A DNA stretch of 47,582 nucleotides from Chromera velia (taxonomy: Eukaryota), in contig JAHBMJ010000437.1 in the NCBI GenBank assembly GCA_018398765.1, positions 1 to 47,582 on the forward strand, given 5' to 3'. The position numbers and the translations under genes are program-made. How positions within the stretch are numbered: position 1 is the first letter of the stretch; each line of letters begins with the position of its first letter. The notes beneath the pieces are model-generated. The model was not told the DNA's origin. It saw nothing but the letters and a program-made list of their open reading frames with translations, and did no database searches. Positions 12,520 through 25,500 of the stretch are shown piece after piece.

Positions 12520-12988
12520 TCACGTCGAGTTGGACGACAACTTCATCGGGTCAGTCTTTCTTTATAGTTGACGGTGGACCGCGCTAGAGCCTGACTTGAA
12601 ACCCTCCCGATTCATATCACACCTTTTCTAGTACACCCTTCTCTGTCTTGGACTTTTATTGATCTCTCATCACCATTTTCTTTTCTGTCCTTTTTGAGCT
12701 GATCTCTGCAGACCCCGTGAGCCGCAGCATGAGGAGCCTCAACCGTCAGCTCACGTCGAGTCGGACAACAACTTCATCGGGTCAGTCTTTCTTTATATTT
12801 GACGGTCGACCGCGCTGGAGCCTAACTTGAAACCCTCCCGATTCACGTTACACCTTTTCTTGTACACCTTTCTCTGTCTTGGACTTTCGTTGATCTCTCA
12901 TCACCATTTTCTTTTCTGTTCTTTTTGAGCTGATCTCTGCAGACCCTGTGAGCCGCCGCATGAGGAGCCTTGACCGTCAGTCCTCACG
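12520..12988 (+). repeat. 231-bp tandem duplication containing an intron-exon unit
   Basis: tcacgtcgag... recurs at 12520 and 12751. Each unit has a 162-nt gtcagt...ctgcag segment (12550-12711, 12781-12942). Confidence 0.85.
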
Positions 12989-13312
12989 TGTATCTGCACT
13001 GAGTCTCTTTTTTTTGTGTATTCGGGCGGTCTTCTCTTTAAGGTTTTGCTACTTCTTCTTCATCCTCCTTCTAGTCACCTTTTGTTTTGTCTTCTTCTTC
13101 TCCTTCGTTTCCTTCTTCTCCCCCTCTGCCCTCCCCTCCTTCCTCCCTCTCCCCCCGCCCCCCATCTCTCTTGTTTTGCTCGCTTTCTATCTGTGATTCT
13201 CCGAGTTGGACGTTTTGGAAAGAACTGTGTGTTACAGAAGCATGTAGAGACGACTGCATCAGACAGGAAGACGAAAAGGTAAAGGAAGGACGAATTCTAC
13301 TGAAGCACAAAT

Positions 13313-13862
13313 TGAATGAAAGAATGAATAAATGGATGGATGGATGGAGGGAGGGAGGGATGAATGAATGAATGGATGAATGAATGAATGAATTGATGGA
13401 TGGATGGATGAATGAATGAATGGATGAATGGATGGATGGATGGATGAATGAATGAATGAATGAATTGATGGATGGATGGATGGATGGATGGATGGATGGT
13501 TGGATGGATGGATGGATGAATGAATGGATGAATGAATGGATGGATGGATGGATGAATGAATGAATGAATGAATGAATGAATTGATGGATGGATGGATGGA
13601 TGGATAGATGGATGGATGGATGGATGGATGGATGGTTAGATGGATGGATGAATGAATGAATGAATGGATGAATGAATGAATGAATTGATGAATGGATGGA
13701 TGGATGGATGAATGAATGAATGAATGGATGAATAGATGGATGGATGGATGAATGAATGAATGAATTGATGGATGGACGGACGGTTAGATGGATGAATGGA
13801 TGGATGGACGGACGGATGGAATGAATGAACGAATGAATGAATTGATAGATGGATGGATGGAT
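13313..13862. repeat. (GATG)n/(GAAT)n compound tetranucleotide microsatellite
   Basis: Directly visible. Confidence 0.95.
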
Positions 13863-15748
13863 AGACTCATGCTGTGTATTGAACGATACACATTGAGACT
13901 CATGTATCTGGGTTTCCTTTCTGTCTGTACTATTAGACCTGAACAGGTTCAACTCGATCATCAACAACAACGTCTACATTGACACCCGTGGCTTCTCTCT
14001 CCCCTGGACTCTCTCCTTAGCTTTATAGCGGTACAGCAAGAGACAAATGGACGAAGGGGGGGAAAAGAAGATAGAAAAGAAGGAGAAGAGACGGCCAAAG
14101 AGAGGGAAGGAAGATAAAAGAAAGGAGAAGGTAAAAAAACAGGAAAGCAAAAGCATGAAGAGCAAGAAGAACAAGAAGAGCAAAGAGAGCAAGAAAAGCA
14201 AGAAGAGCAAGGGGGAGAAAAAGGAAAAAAGCGAAAAGAAGGAGAGGAAGGAGAAGGATCTATCTCAAATAACTGAAGAGGAGAGAGCGCAGGCAAGGGA
14301 CAAACATATCATGGAATCAATGAAAAAACGGGAGGACGAGAGGGAAGAGAAGGCTTCAACATTGCCAACACAAATGAAACCGGTGGAGATGAAGGGTATT
14401 ATTGAGCAGGAGAGGAGAAAAGGCAAAGCTAAGGAGGAAGAGGGGCATGACTTAAACGTCGGACCAGATCCAATGGCAGTTACTGTACCAAGACTCACTC
14501 CTATACATGTAAGTTTAAGTATGTGCTTGAAAGATATTTGAGAGGCTTTTTTTTTTCTTATGCCTCTAGTTCTCTTGAATCTTGCAAATGTTTTATTGTT
14601 TGCTCAGCTTTAATGCAGTAGTGTTTATTGTTTTATCATGTTGCTGCTTTACATACGTCCATAACTCTCTAGATAACTCTTCACTGGCAATTATATTCAG
14701 TCTGCTATATTATGTAGTGGTAAAAGATTATACAGAGTCGAAAATGTGCTTCATCAAAATGTTATTGAATGTATCAAAATATGTACATCCTTGTAGACCA
14801 AGTCAGTCTGAATGTGCAAAAGCCCTTGTAGTTGGTTGTACAAAATATGTCGGAGCATACCTGAGAAGAGTGGGGCCCCCACCAGGGAAACTCTGTGTGA
14901 GTAAATCGTCTGGGCCGAAAATGAAGGCCTTATCACTCAGGAGGAAGCCTCTCTTTATGCAATGTGAGGGCTGTACGAAACAAAATCATCCACGGAGACT
15001 GGAACAAGCTGCAACATCTGTGGGACCAGGAGGAGTTACAGTGGGGGATCCCCACACATAGGCTCTCAAGACCTGGAACACCGCTACCCTACTATATCCT
15101 TGACCAAAGGAGGGCTTGCCTGCGAAAAGATTGGTTCAGAGCTGGGCGTGGTTTATACATAAATACATACATTAAATTCTGTCCATCAAGAATGTATATA
15201 TATATGTATGTATGTATGTGTGTATGTATGTAATGTATGTAAACTAATGTTGTAAAAGTCATTTTCAAAATAAAATTCCTGACAAAGCGTGAAACAATGC
15301 CACTTAAGTTTTTAGTCAAGTTCTAGGTCAACTTTATATACTAGTTTGTATAGTAGGTTTAGTAGTTGGTCTGTTACTATATACTAGTGACAAAGCTGGT
15401 ACATGATAAGCTAGGTGATAAACAAGGAGGAAACTATAACATTTCATACAAAAAACTGCCAAAAAAACTTCAAGTAGGACAGCTGTGATTTTAAAGAACT
15501 TGCAAGCCCGTTTTAGCTTCAATGAGCTCTACTTTTTGCTTTGCTAACAGAATGTATCCTGCTAAGTCAGACATTGTATCTTCTGGAGCTTCTACGTAGG
15601 AGGCCCCCTCACAAACCCCAGCAACATTCTCCATTAAAAATTGCTTAGACCAGTCTTTTTTCTGATGTACAGCAAACAAAACGGATACTGCATCGATGGA
15701 TTCGGTTTTCCATACATAACGAAGAACCTCTAACTTCATCGATCTGTT

Positions 15749-16674
15749 CAAAGGTGTTTAGTCACTTGTGATTAGAATATATTTAATTATTCTATGAAGT
15801 GATTGAATGTGATTGAATAAAGTGATTAATTAGCCAAAGTCCGATTCTTACTAGTCTTTAATACCTTAGGTCATTCTAATGGTACGTGGTTTTTTTTTAA
15901 GTTATAAAAACAAATGTTTTGGGAGTAGCCTAGAGGCTTGTGCATATCCAGTGCACTGCATGCATGGCCCAGCCTATGCAGCCCGGGCCAGCCATGCACG
16001 CGCCGGCGCGGCCGACCGCTCCTACTAGCGGCCGCGGCCATCGGTGCATGCATTCGGAGCCGAATAGCCGATTGTACAGGTTGTATAAAAAATCGGGTCT
16101 TTATGCATGAGTTTCAAACATAAGGTAAGATGCAAACTTAAAGTCACAGCAAGCCATGATACCAGTCTGAGATGACTGAGGCCTGATATGTTCAGACGAT
16201 TAACTCTATAGTTTGAAAATGAGTCAAGTTTTGCTATGCAGTGTATGCTGCAGTGTGCATACGTGTTTTAGTGTAGTGTGTGCATGTTCATGCAATAAGA
16301 ACGTGTATGAACTTTCAACCGCGTATTCATATAATATGTTATTTGCTAGTTTAATAAGTTTAGAAATTGTAAGATTTTATAAAATTCTAGTAACACTGTA
16401 ACACAGTCTAGTATAGTAACTGTCACACTACTCAGGCTGCCTATTAACAGTGCCTAACAGCTAGATAGCCCCTGTTTTTCTTTTTTAAAACCAATTTTTT
16501 ACAGTCATAAACTGTATTTAAAAAAAAAAAAAATTAAAATGTAGCTCGGGGGGCTCCGCCCCCCGAACCCCCCCTTAATTAATTTAGAAATATGTTCCTG
16601 AATATATTCCTGATTATATTATTTTTGAAGTGAGTAACTAGTGAATAAATATATTTCGTGATTAAACACCTTTG
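15749..16674. mobile_element. Putative MITE with ~17-bp TIRs downstream of the SNARE gene
   Basis: caaaggtgtttagtcac (15749-15765) and gtgattaaacacctttg (16658-16674). Subterminal gtgatt motifs and an internal ggggggctccgcccccc hairpin are present. No clear TSD. Confidence 0.6.
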
Positions 16675-16747
16675 ATACCATGCTGCTAATATATACATAC
16701 AGCATCCGAGTCAATGATTCAGGTTCTTTGTTTTTGGAGCGACGCGT

Positions 16748-18532
16748 TTAGCTTGCTCTAAGATGATCTAATGCAGACGGTCCTGCACCTCCATGTGAAT
16801 CCTCTCTTTCATTGTGACCCACCTCCCTTCCCTCACTTGCGAGATTCTCTGCCGTCACACGATTGTTTGCTTCACCCTGAAAAGGGCTAGTGTTCTCATC
16901 TTCTGAGAGCTGAAAGGGATTGTTTTTCGTTTTCTCTGATGTCTCAAAAGGATTCCCCCTTGCACCCGCGGAAGGACTTAAACTTCCCGGTGCCCTTGGT
17001 TTTGACACCCCCAACCGGTCCCCCCCATTCACCAAAAGCCGTCCGGTCATCGGCATAGACTCACCCGGGTCCCTCTTTTGGGCTGAGAGGTCCAAGAAAG
17101 CCTCAAGAGAGTCCTGCACAACCGGATTTTCAGGGTCCTCAAACAAATCCGAAGAATCTCCTGCCCCCCCCGCAGCCCTGTCAAAAGATCTGGACCCTGA
17201 AGGGCGTGAGCCTAGGCGTGAGCTTGAGGTAGCATCGCCTTGCTGCTGCTGTTGGGCTGTGGTAGAACGGAAAGGATTTCGAATTTTGACATTACCAAAG
17301 AAAGCAGACATTCTTCTTCCAGTACTGCTTCCTCTCCTAGACTCCCCTTCTCCCCTTGGATCCTCAGGCGGGGGTGGCGCCGCATTTTTCTCTACAATCG
17401 TGTCCATTTTTTTACTGTGCGCCTTCTGAAGGGACGAGGAACCGACAACACCCACCCCCCCTCCCAGAGTCGCACCAACTGCCGCACCCACAGGACCGAA
17501 CGCACATCCAATCAACCCCCCCGCAACAGCACCCACCCCCCCTCCCCTCCACGTCCATCCTTTGGACTTTTTCTTACTTGCCATTGCTAATTGTACAGTC
17601 GCACCCTTCGCTGCGAGCTCTGTTCGTTCTATCGTCTCCCCAGCCCCCTCTATCGAGTCCCCCTGCTGCGACACCTCTGCCGCCAAATGGCCCTGTATCT
17701 CCCTCAATTCGGCGGCATCCCTCGCCACCTTCAGTGCCTCTGCTGCCCTCTCTCTGGCAAGCTCTACTTCCAGGGGTGATTCTTCCCAACGATTCTGCTG
17801 CTGATGATACATCTGCTTCTGTTTCTGTTCTGTCGTCTGCGGAGACGCAGAGGAAGACGCTGAGGGGCCTGGGGGGAAATACGAGTCACTCGGATGGTAT
17901 TCGAGAACAGGGCGATACTGCTGCGCTGCCTCACCTCCACCTTGTCCGCTCACTCTGGCAGAGGAGGACGGAAGGAGCGCTGCCCTTGCCTCCCCACTCA
18001 TCGAGGCCTCATTTCCAGTTCCCTCGTGTGCATACGCTTCTGCATCATCCAGCTGACCCACATCCCCCCCCTCCCCAGAAACCAATTCGTCGAGGCTATT
18101 TGCCTCCACGATAGACTCGAAACGCTCTGCAACCTTCACAAAGTCCTCCCACAACTTCTCAAGACGAAATACCTCGTCTTGTTCCGGTGGAACGGGAAGA
18201 GCAGCGGCGGCTTTCTGAAAGCCTTCTGTCAAACTCTCCTTCGTTGTTACTGCAGTAGTGACTGCCTCATGCATCTGCCTTCGCATCGGTCCCCTGAGGA
18301 GGTTTCGCTGCGGCTGTGAAGCTGTGGATGCATCCGCTTTACCGCACTCACCTCTGAGGGACGAGGAAGACGATCTATTGATCCCGTCTGCCCACTGAGC
18401 CCTGCCCGCCCGATCATCCACATAAACATCGGCCTGACGGCAGAGACGCTCAATCCTTGAAACGGACTCAGAGAGCTGCTGCAAAGACAAGCAGAGCTGC
18501 TTGTAGTCAGGAACAACCACTTCTTCTGCCAT
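16748..18532 (-). CDS. Syntaxin-17-like Qa-SNARE, intronless, ~594 aa
   Basis: First ATG (MAEEVVVP) at 18532 within the 618-aa ORF. SNARE heptad region ARDAAELREIQGHLAAEVSQQGDSIE...GATVQLAMASKK is followed by a Gly-rich hairpin-type hydrophobic segment GGGVGAVAGGLIGCAFGPVGAAVGATLGGGVGVVG and a long hydrophilic tail. Confidence 0.75.
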   Translation of the reverse strand: MAEEVVVPDYKQLCLSLQQLSESVSRIERLCRQADVYVDDRAGRAQWADGINRSSSSSLRGECGKADASTASQPQRNLLRGPMRRQMHEAVTTAVTTKESLTEGFQKAAAALPVPPEQDEVFRLEKLWEDFVKVAERFESIVEANSLDELVSGEGGDVGQLDDAEAYAHEGTGNEASMSGEARAALLPSSSARVSGQGGGEAAQQYRPVLEYHPSDSYFPPGPSASSSASPQTTEQKQKQMYHQQQNRWEESPLEVELARERAAEALKVARDAAELREIQGHLAAEVSQQGDSIEGAGETIERTELAAKGATVQLAMASKKKSKGWTWRGGGVGAVAGGLIGCAFGPVGAAVGATLGGGVGVVGSSSLQKAHSKKMDTIVEKNAAPPPPEDPRGEGESRRGSSTGRRMSAFFGNVKIRNPFRSTTAQQQQQGDATSSSRLGSRPSGSRSFDRAAGGAGDSSDLFEDPENPVVQDSLEAFLDLSAQKRDPGESMPMTGRLLVNGGDRLGVSKPRAPGSLSPSAGARGNPFETSEKTKNNPFQLSEDENTSPFQGEANNRVTAENLASEGREVGHNEREDSHGGAGPSALDHLRAS

Positions 18533-19401
18533 TGTTCGGCAATCGTTAGTTAAATTGTCTTGATCCTTTTCGCACCAGAGGAAGCCAACAAACGAATCAG
18601 TCACAGGAACAGCTCAGTCAAAGTTCACTCTTCTCAGCGCACATGGAACCAAGCCGCCCCTTGATGGTCAGCAAACTACAAAACACCACAACTATATATG
18701 ACAGGTGTTTTCGTCATCGACGTCGCCATCTTACTTGATCACCGTCCTTCCGACTCCTGGACTGCTTTGGTATATTAAAATATCTGTGAACTGAGTGAAA
18801 GACATCTGACAATTTCTGGCACAGAGTTGGGCTCTTCGTTCGACGGTCTGCCCCGTTCATTCAAGAAGAGCAGCCGGAGGGCGAGCATGGGCGAGCTTTT
18901 CTCTGCATGCGAGCCTTTCCGAGCCAAAGTGAATTAAGGCACATGCCAACTGTTGTGCAACACGTCGAATCATTCAACAGTCAGCTTCAATGATATTTTC
19001 AATGATCATGGTTGATCTTTCATCACCTTCATCGATTTTCGTCAATTCCTCCATCGATAACTAGCTGACCAAAACGATGCTCTTTCACATGCAAACCTGC
19101 AACTGCCTGTCGAACTTTTGGGCGGACGTTATCATAACATGATGAAGGCCGTATGGGCCTGGAGACGCTGCGAAGTATCTCAATAAGATCAACGTGTGTT
19201 CGTGAGTTTTCTTGCGGAAGCTTCCCACCACTACAGCTACACCTGTGCGAACGTTAAGAACCGATCGCCATTGTGTGCTCTGCGAAGCACCCCTGTTTGT
19301 GGCAGGCGACACACCAAACTGCAGCGGGTGTTGAAGGAAGACGGGACTAGGACGACAAGTCTCGTCTTCAGGGTTGCTTACTAAGACAACGCCAAACGAA
19401 A
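18533..19401. promoter_or_regulatory. Probable bidirectional promoter/5' UTR region between divergent genes
   Basis: The two start codons face away from each other ~870 bp apart. No specific motif was identified. Confidence 0.4.
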
Positions 19402-22400
19402 ATGACGGGAAGGGGCGTTGACCGCCAAAGAGACTCTTATGCAGAGGTTGTGGACGGGCAGCTTCTCTTTTCCTTCAACTCCCCCGAAGAGAAGCCTGGG
19501 TTCTCGGAGAATGCCTCCCTGGCTTGCACAGTCCACGCACAGGATGGGAGACTTCTCTGCAGACTGACGGAGGAGGACGGAGAATGCGCACCCCGTGGTT
19601 CGCCCTGTGCTCCCCCCTCTATTCTTGTCGCTCTCCTTGTTCTTTTTTATTTCTTTTGGGAGTCTTCCTTCAGGCTCAATGCTCCCCCAAAATTCTCCTT
19701 CGCTCCCTCCCACCTTCTGTCCCTTTCTGACCGCATGACGCCATCTCTCTGCTCGTTTGCACGCCAAACAACGGAGCAGCGACATATCTGATCCCTCAAT
19801 TGAAATTTTCTGAGGTTGTTCCGTTGGCGGGTGAGGGTCCTGGGGTGTACATCTTTATCCGGTTCGGGTACACTACCTCACCCTTATTTCTGGACTCCGC
19901 ACCTTTTCCTGCACTGGAGTCGCATTGAGACAAAGAAAGCACCCATTTGTTCCTTGACATGATTGCAGGTGTGGGGGCAGGCTCCCAGCAGATGAAAGTC
20001 GCACTCGATAAGGGGGCCCTCTTCCTCCGAACACTTGACCTCCCTCCTGAGGCATCCAAAATCTTCGTTTACGTCACCGCGCCCAGAGCACTCTCAGGTC
20101 GGTCTGTTTGCCTGTCTGTCTATCTGCCTTTTTATCTGCCTCTGTCTGGGTTGCTGTGAAAGTAAGAGATTTCATGATTCCTCTTTTCCTCTTCTCCCTT
20201 TCGTTTTATGTCTTTAATTTCGGTGCATTTCTCGCTGCAGATGCAATTCTTTCACTGCCGCTGCACCTTCCCATCGTCACTTGTGCTATGTCGCTGTCTA
20301 TGTGTTTCCGCAGCTGAGTACATTTTGCTCTTTTGCGAGACTCTTCTCCCTGGAAAGAGGGAGACGGGGGGGGAAGGGGGTAGGGCAGAATCCGATAAAG
20401 GAGACGCAGAGGAAGGGATCGGGGGAGAATTCACTCCCGTCCTTCGGACCCTGGCGTTTCCCCTAGATCATCCATGCGCAAAGACAATCGTGGTGTGCCA
20501 GGCTGTGCGCGTGAGTGCTGTCCCGCTTCAGGGGAAGGCAGGCGGGGAAAGAGAGAGAGAGGTGGAGTCCATCAGAAGAGGGGGGGGCGGGCTGTGGCGC
20601 CTGTCGAGTGCTGTCCGACCTTTGCAACTGGGACAAGATGAGGGGATGCAACTGCAGGTTTGTGGACGTTGAATGGGGAAAGGGGTGTGCACGTTTATGT
20701 GAGTGAGTATGGGAAACCCTGCAGGGAGATTGGTTGACCGGCTTGGGGGTGTCTTAGTGTTTTTGTGCATGGATGGCTGAGTGAAAGTTCTAAGAATGAA
20801 GACATTCACGTATGGGTGGAAGAAAGAGAAAGTTTGTGTCTCTTTCCATACATGTTTGCGTGTGTGTGTGTGTGTGTGTGTATCCTTTTGATTTCTCTGC
20901 CCGTCTCCTGATGACTCTCTGCAGAGAATGGCGCTACAGCTTGGGGACGACCCTTCCACTTTTTCCTTCCCGAATTCGTCAGGGGGAAGAGGGAGGGGAG
21001 ACAACGGGAGTGTGAGTGTGGAGGGGCTGAGAAGAGAGCTTGGCATCGTGTACGGCTACGTGAGGGGTCTCAGGCAGACTCTGCGAATGGGTGCTGCCAC
21101 GCAGACTCAGCACGAGGCTCTGGGAACACTGGTGGCAGAGGAGATGGAAATGGACGCTCTGGGGGACAGAACGTCGCGGGGACTCTTGGGAGAGGGAGGA
21201 GTGAGCAGGGAGGCCTCCCTTCATGCTGCTCTGGTCAGTTAATTGGAAGGATGGATTTTAGTAATGATGACAAAATTGGGGGCCAAAAAGTGCAAACACA
21301 ATAAGACAGAAGGTTTTCTTCTGCTTTTCCGACCCCGAATCAATGTATGCGTTTATTGTTGCGTTGATTCTCAATCTTCCCCGTTGCCTCCTCTCTCAGT
21401 TTGCGGGTCTGCAGTGACGATCGGTCGATTGATTCGTTCTTCCTCCTTCCTTCATCCCCGTTCCCATACCCTTCGATCCTCCGTCGTTGGTTCTCCCTCA
21501 CACACTCCATTTCTTGTCGACTTCCCTTTGCCTTCCTTCAGGTTGCAAGGCGCGCCCTGAGGGATGCAGAGGCGGTATGTCACGCTGTGGTTTGCACGCT
21601 CCATTGAGAAAGGCTTCGCAGATGATGTAATGCGATTCCACGCTATTCTGAAAACCGTCTAGAGTTGTATCCATCCTGAGGATTTGAGTTGATCTTCACG
21701 AAATTTGATCGTTTGTGGCTTAAACTGTCATTGAGGACACTTCAATGGTGGCTGGGCATGATTTATCGTTATTTCGCTTCAATGAGAAAAACGTTCTGCT
21801 TGAAAAATCTTTTCGTTATACTGTCAGAGCATCGGCAAGGGGCTGTGATGTTGTTTTCTTCTCCTTCGTTTCTTCTTCTTCTTCTTCTTCTTCTTCCGAT
21901 TTTGCCAGCTCGTCTCTCTTCTGTTGCACGTGTGCTATAGTACAGCGAGAATTTGTTCAGAAACATACAAACTCTCTGACGATGTCTGGCAGTCAAGACG
22001 AATCTCGTGCCACACTTATCTCTGTTCGGCATCACGCAACCCCCCCCTGTTTTATCCTGTGCAGAACCGGCAACGCGTGCACGAAGAGTTGGAAGACACC
22101 AGCAAGGATTTGAGGGTTGGTCTGCAGACCGGGAAGGGAAGGAGAAAGGCAGATCGAGGGGGGGAAGAGAAAGGAAAAGCCACGCAGTCTTCCTCTGTGC
22201 TCTCGCCTGAGCGCTTTCCAGTTCACAAGGCTAGACTTTCTGCCTCGGCCTGCCCCCATGCTCTCCTTTCCTCTCTCGTTGCCGTCTTTTCCTGGGAACA
22301 TGTCTGTCTCTCTTTCTGTCTGAAGAAGAGGAGGGAAAAAAACCATATAGTCTGTCTGTCTGTCTGTCTCTGTACATGAGAAAAGAAGGGAGAAGAAGAA

Positions 22401-22532
22401 ACATATAGTCCGTCTGTGTGCGTGCAGGTTGCAAAGAATGTGATTGAGACCCTTCAGGGGAAGGTGCAGAGTCTGGAATCGGTCGGTTTTTGTTTTTCTT
22501 TTCTTGGGTGGGTGGGTGACCTCTCTCTCTCC

Positions 22533-22573
<41 letters not shown>

Positions 22574-25500
22574 CCTCCCTCCCTCTTTCTCTTTGTGAGT
22601 GTGGGTGTGTCGAGTTGCTGGGTTTGATCTACACCCCGTGGATCTCTGTACGTGCAATGGCGTCTCCATTTTACTTTCACTTCCTGCAGCGTTGCAAGCG
22701 TGACGAAGCACAGGAAGCTTCTGCGTCCGCCCTCATCTCCGCGAGGTCACGCGTCCGCCCTCTGGTCTCCGGCACTTTGTCTACAGCATGGTCGTCTCGC
22801 CTGCAAGGGGGGGCAGGCAGAGAGGGAGGGGGAGGGGACACGGAGAGGGACAGGGCGGGTGCTCCTGATTCTCCACCTCTCTTCACGAAAATTCGAAAAC
22901 AGAAGGACCCCCCCCCTCTTCAGTCTTACAAAGAAAGGCGGACAGAGAATCATAAACTCCTACAAGTCAAGCAGCAACAGCAACAAAAGGAAAGAGAGCA
23001 GCAATACGCTGGAAAGGGGACAGGCATGGACATCTCAAGTGGGAGTGCTTACCCAACCTCGCACCCTCCATCAGTCCCCCACCCTCGTCCCTTCTTCCCT
23101 CCCTACCTTTCTCTGGCACCCCGCCACGATCAAGGCGAGAGCCCAGAACAGCAGCCTGGTGGGAGAGGAGAGATGGGGGACATGATCAGTTCACCCCCTG
23201 TCGTCAATCCTGCAGTCCCCCCGACAACCGATGTGACACATCCATTGATCTCCTCCGCACGCCGCCTATCTTCCCCCCCGCACCCGGGGCATTGCGCATC
23301 TGAGTGCTACAGACCCTTTGGGGGTGCGTGTGCTGGCGGTGGTGTGGGTGTTGCCATGAGAGGGTCTGTGGGCTCTGTCCCGTCTCCGCCTGCCTCTCCG
23401 GGAGACAAGCTTCCCCCCGCCCCCTCCCCTCAGAGGTTTTCTTCATTGACAGTCGGGGCCCCGGCATCATACCGGAAAATTGAAGTGGAGGGGCCCCCTG
23501 CAGCAGCGATGGTGTCCGGGTCCCCTGAACCGGTTCAGAGGAGGGGGGGGCTGGAGGAACCTGCAGTCGGGGACTCTGTAGCGCTTTCTCGGGGCCGCCT
23601 TGCGTGCGCGGTGGAGGGGGGCAAGGAGGGTGAGAGAAAGGAGACAGAAGCGGAGGTGGAGGCAAGAAACGGAGAGGGCAAACACGTGCGGCCTTCTAAC
23701 ATTCTCCTTTCTTCTGTGAGTGCCTGTGCACCATCTGTCTTGCAACCTCCCGCCCTTGTCTCCACACAGTCATCGTCCTGGGCCCCTATTTCAACAGGGG
23801 GGGGGTTGCTGACATCCAGAAGGCCCCCTCCATCACGGTATGAGAGAGAAAGGGCCCCGGCAGCTCCGGGAAGTCCCCGTAGAGCTTCTCCCAATCGAGC
23901 AGCCCTCTGTCCTCATGGAGGCATCTCTCCCCGCCGTGACATTCTTTTTGCCTCCGTGCGAACGCCCCATGACTGTCTGACCACTGGCACCCTCTGGTCA
24001 GAAAGGGCGTTGTCAGGCAAAAACAAAAACAGTCAAGGTCCTCTGTGGGCCAACCCCGGCGCTCTCACACTGACCACAGAAGCATGTCTCCAGCTACCTC
24101 CCCCTGCCCCCCCCCCGCCGAGGCCTCAAAGAGGAGACCCCCCCCCGGCCTCTGATGAAGCAAACGGGGGTGTTCCTGCTGCTCCCATCCCTCCCACTGG
24201 GAATGCAGGTCCCGAATCGGCCGAATTTCACACCCACCCTCCTCTCTCAAGTGCAAGAGGCCTGCCCTCAACCCAGTGCAACTTTCCGGGGGCACAGGAC
24301 CGAGGGAACATATCGAGGGCCCCTGCCGTAGGGGAGAGAGGAGAAGTGGAGGAGACGGCAGAGCACCGTCAGTGGCCGTCTCCTCGGGAGGCAACTCCCC
24401 ACACTGAGATGGACTCAGGGGGAGGGGTCATCCGTTCTGCTGCTGTGCAGGGGCGCAGAGAGGAGACAAAGGAGGAGCATAGGGGTGCACAAACTCAACC
24501 AGTAGGAGAGGGTGTGGGGGATATCACCTCGACATCGTTTGCAACCGCCAAATTTGGGAGGCAACAACTGTCGTTCCCTGCAGAGAACGGGAACCAGAAA
24601 CACACACACGGATCGGGTGCCGTTCCTGTCCCTTCCAATGAGCGGCCTGGATGGGGTCGTGAGGGTGGGGATGCGGGAGGTCGTTTGGAGGAGATCACGG
24701 TGGATGCCGACAGTCCCGTTGGCCCCGATGCGTTTGCAGCAGTCAGGGCGGCATCTGAACATCAGTATCAGCAGAGCCTTGGTTTCGCTGGAGGCGGTGA
24801 AGACAGTCAGAGAGGGCTGCGGGCTTCGAAAGCCTTCACTTTTGCGCGTCCCTCGGGTCAACCGAATGCAGTTGGAAGTTCACTGAATTCCCACGGTGTT
24901 GTGAGAACAACAGCAGGTCAGCCAGTCCCCTCCTCCCCCTCACCAGGAAGAGACCAGACAACAAACTGGAACGCTACCGGTGTGTGGGGAAATGGAGCCG
25001 GGAGGCCCCCCACTCCTTCCACCACCGTGACTGCACCCCGAATGGTTCCTAGTCAAACACTAGGAGGCAGAGTCAGTGGCGGCCCCTCAGCACAATCCCA
25101 GTACTCGACCTCCTGGCATCCCCACCCCCTTTCTCGACATCAACAGGAAGAGCGGGGGGGGAGAGTGCAGGGGCCTGTGCAACTTCTAGGGAGCAGCGCT
25201 TCACTCTCGGCATCTGTTGCTGCCGCCCTCAGAGTCCCTCCACAGCAGTGGCAGCCTCAGCAGGCACAACCCCAACCGTGTCCCCCCCCCCCCTTCCATC
25301 CACAGGTGCTCCGGTCAAGTGCCACAAGCGCCTCCCTTCACTCTCTCTCCCAGACAACGCGCCCACCCTCCCAGTCAGCACGACGATTCCAGCCAGTCGC
25401 GTACGCAATGCCCAGACCGATGCAGCCCCAAAGACTCCCTGCGCAGGTTCACTATCAACCCCACTCAGCCTGTCTCTCCTCCGCCCCCCAGGCAGGATAT

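Larger units (their letters stand above)
11782..15230 (+). pseudogene. Possible decayed multi-exon gene of unknown function
   Basis: Several GT..CAG intron-like segments, a DNFIGP exon repeat, and a Lys/Glu-rich exon-like ORF 14047..14541 with a gtaagt donor. In-frame stops are present and the boundaries are uncertain. Confidence 0.3.

Noticed and set aside
13071..13970. 299-aa minus-strand ORF (IHPS/IHSF repeats)
   Set aside because: It is the translation of the (GATG/GAAT)n microsatellite.
22444..22689. N-terminal 82 aa of the 1066-aa ORF
   Set aside because: It reads through a (CT)n-containing intron. The real exon starts at the acceptor at 22689/22690.
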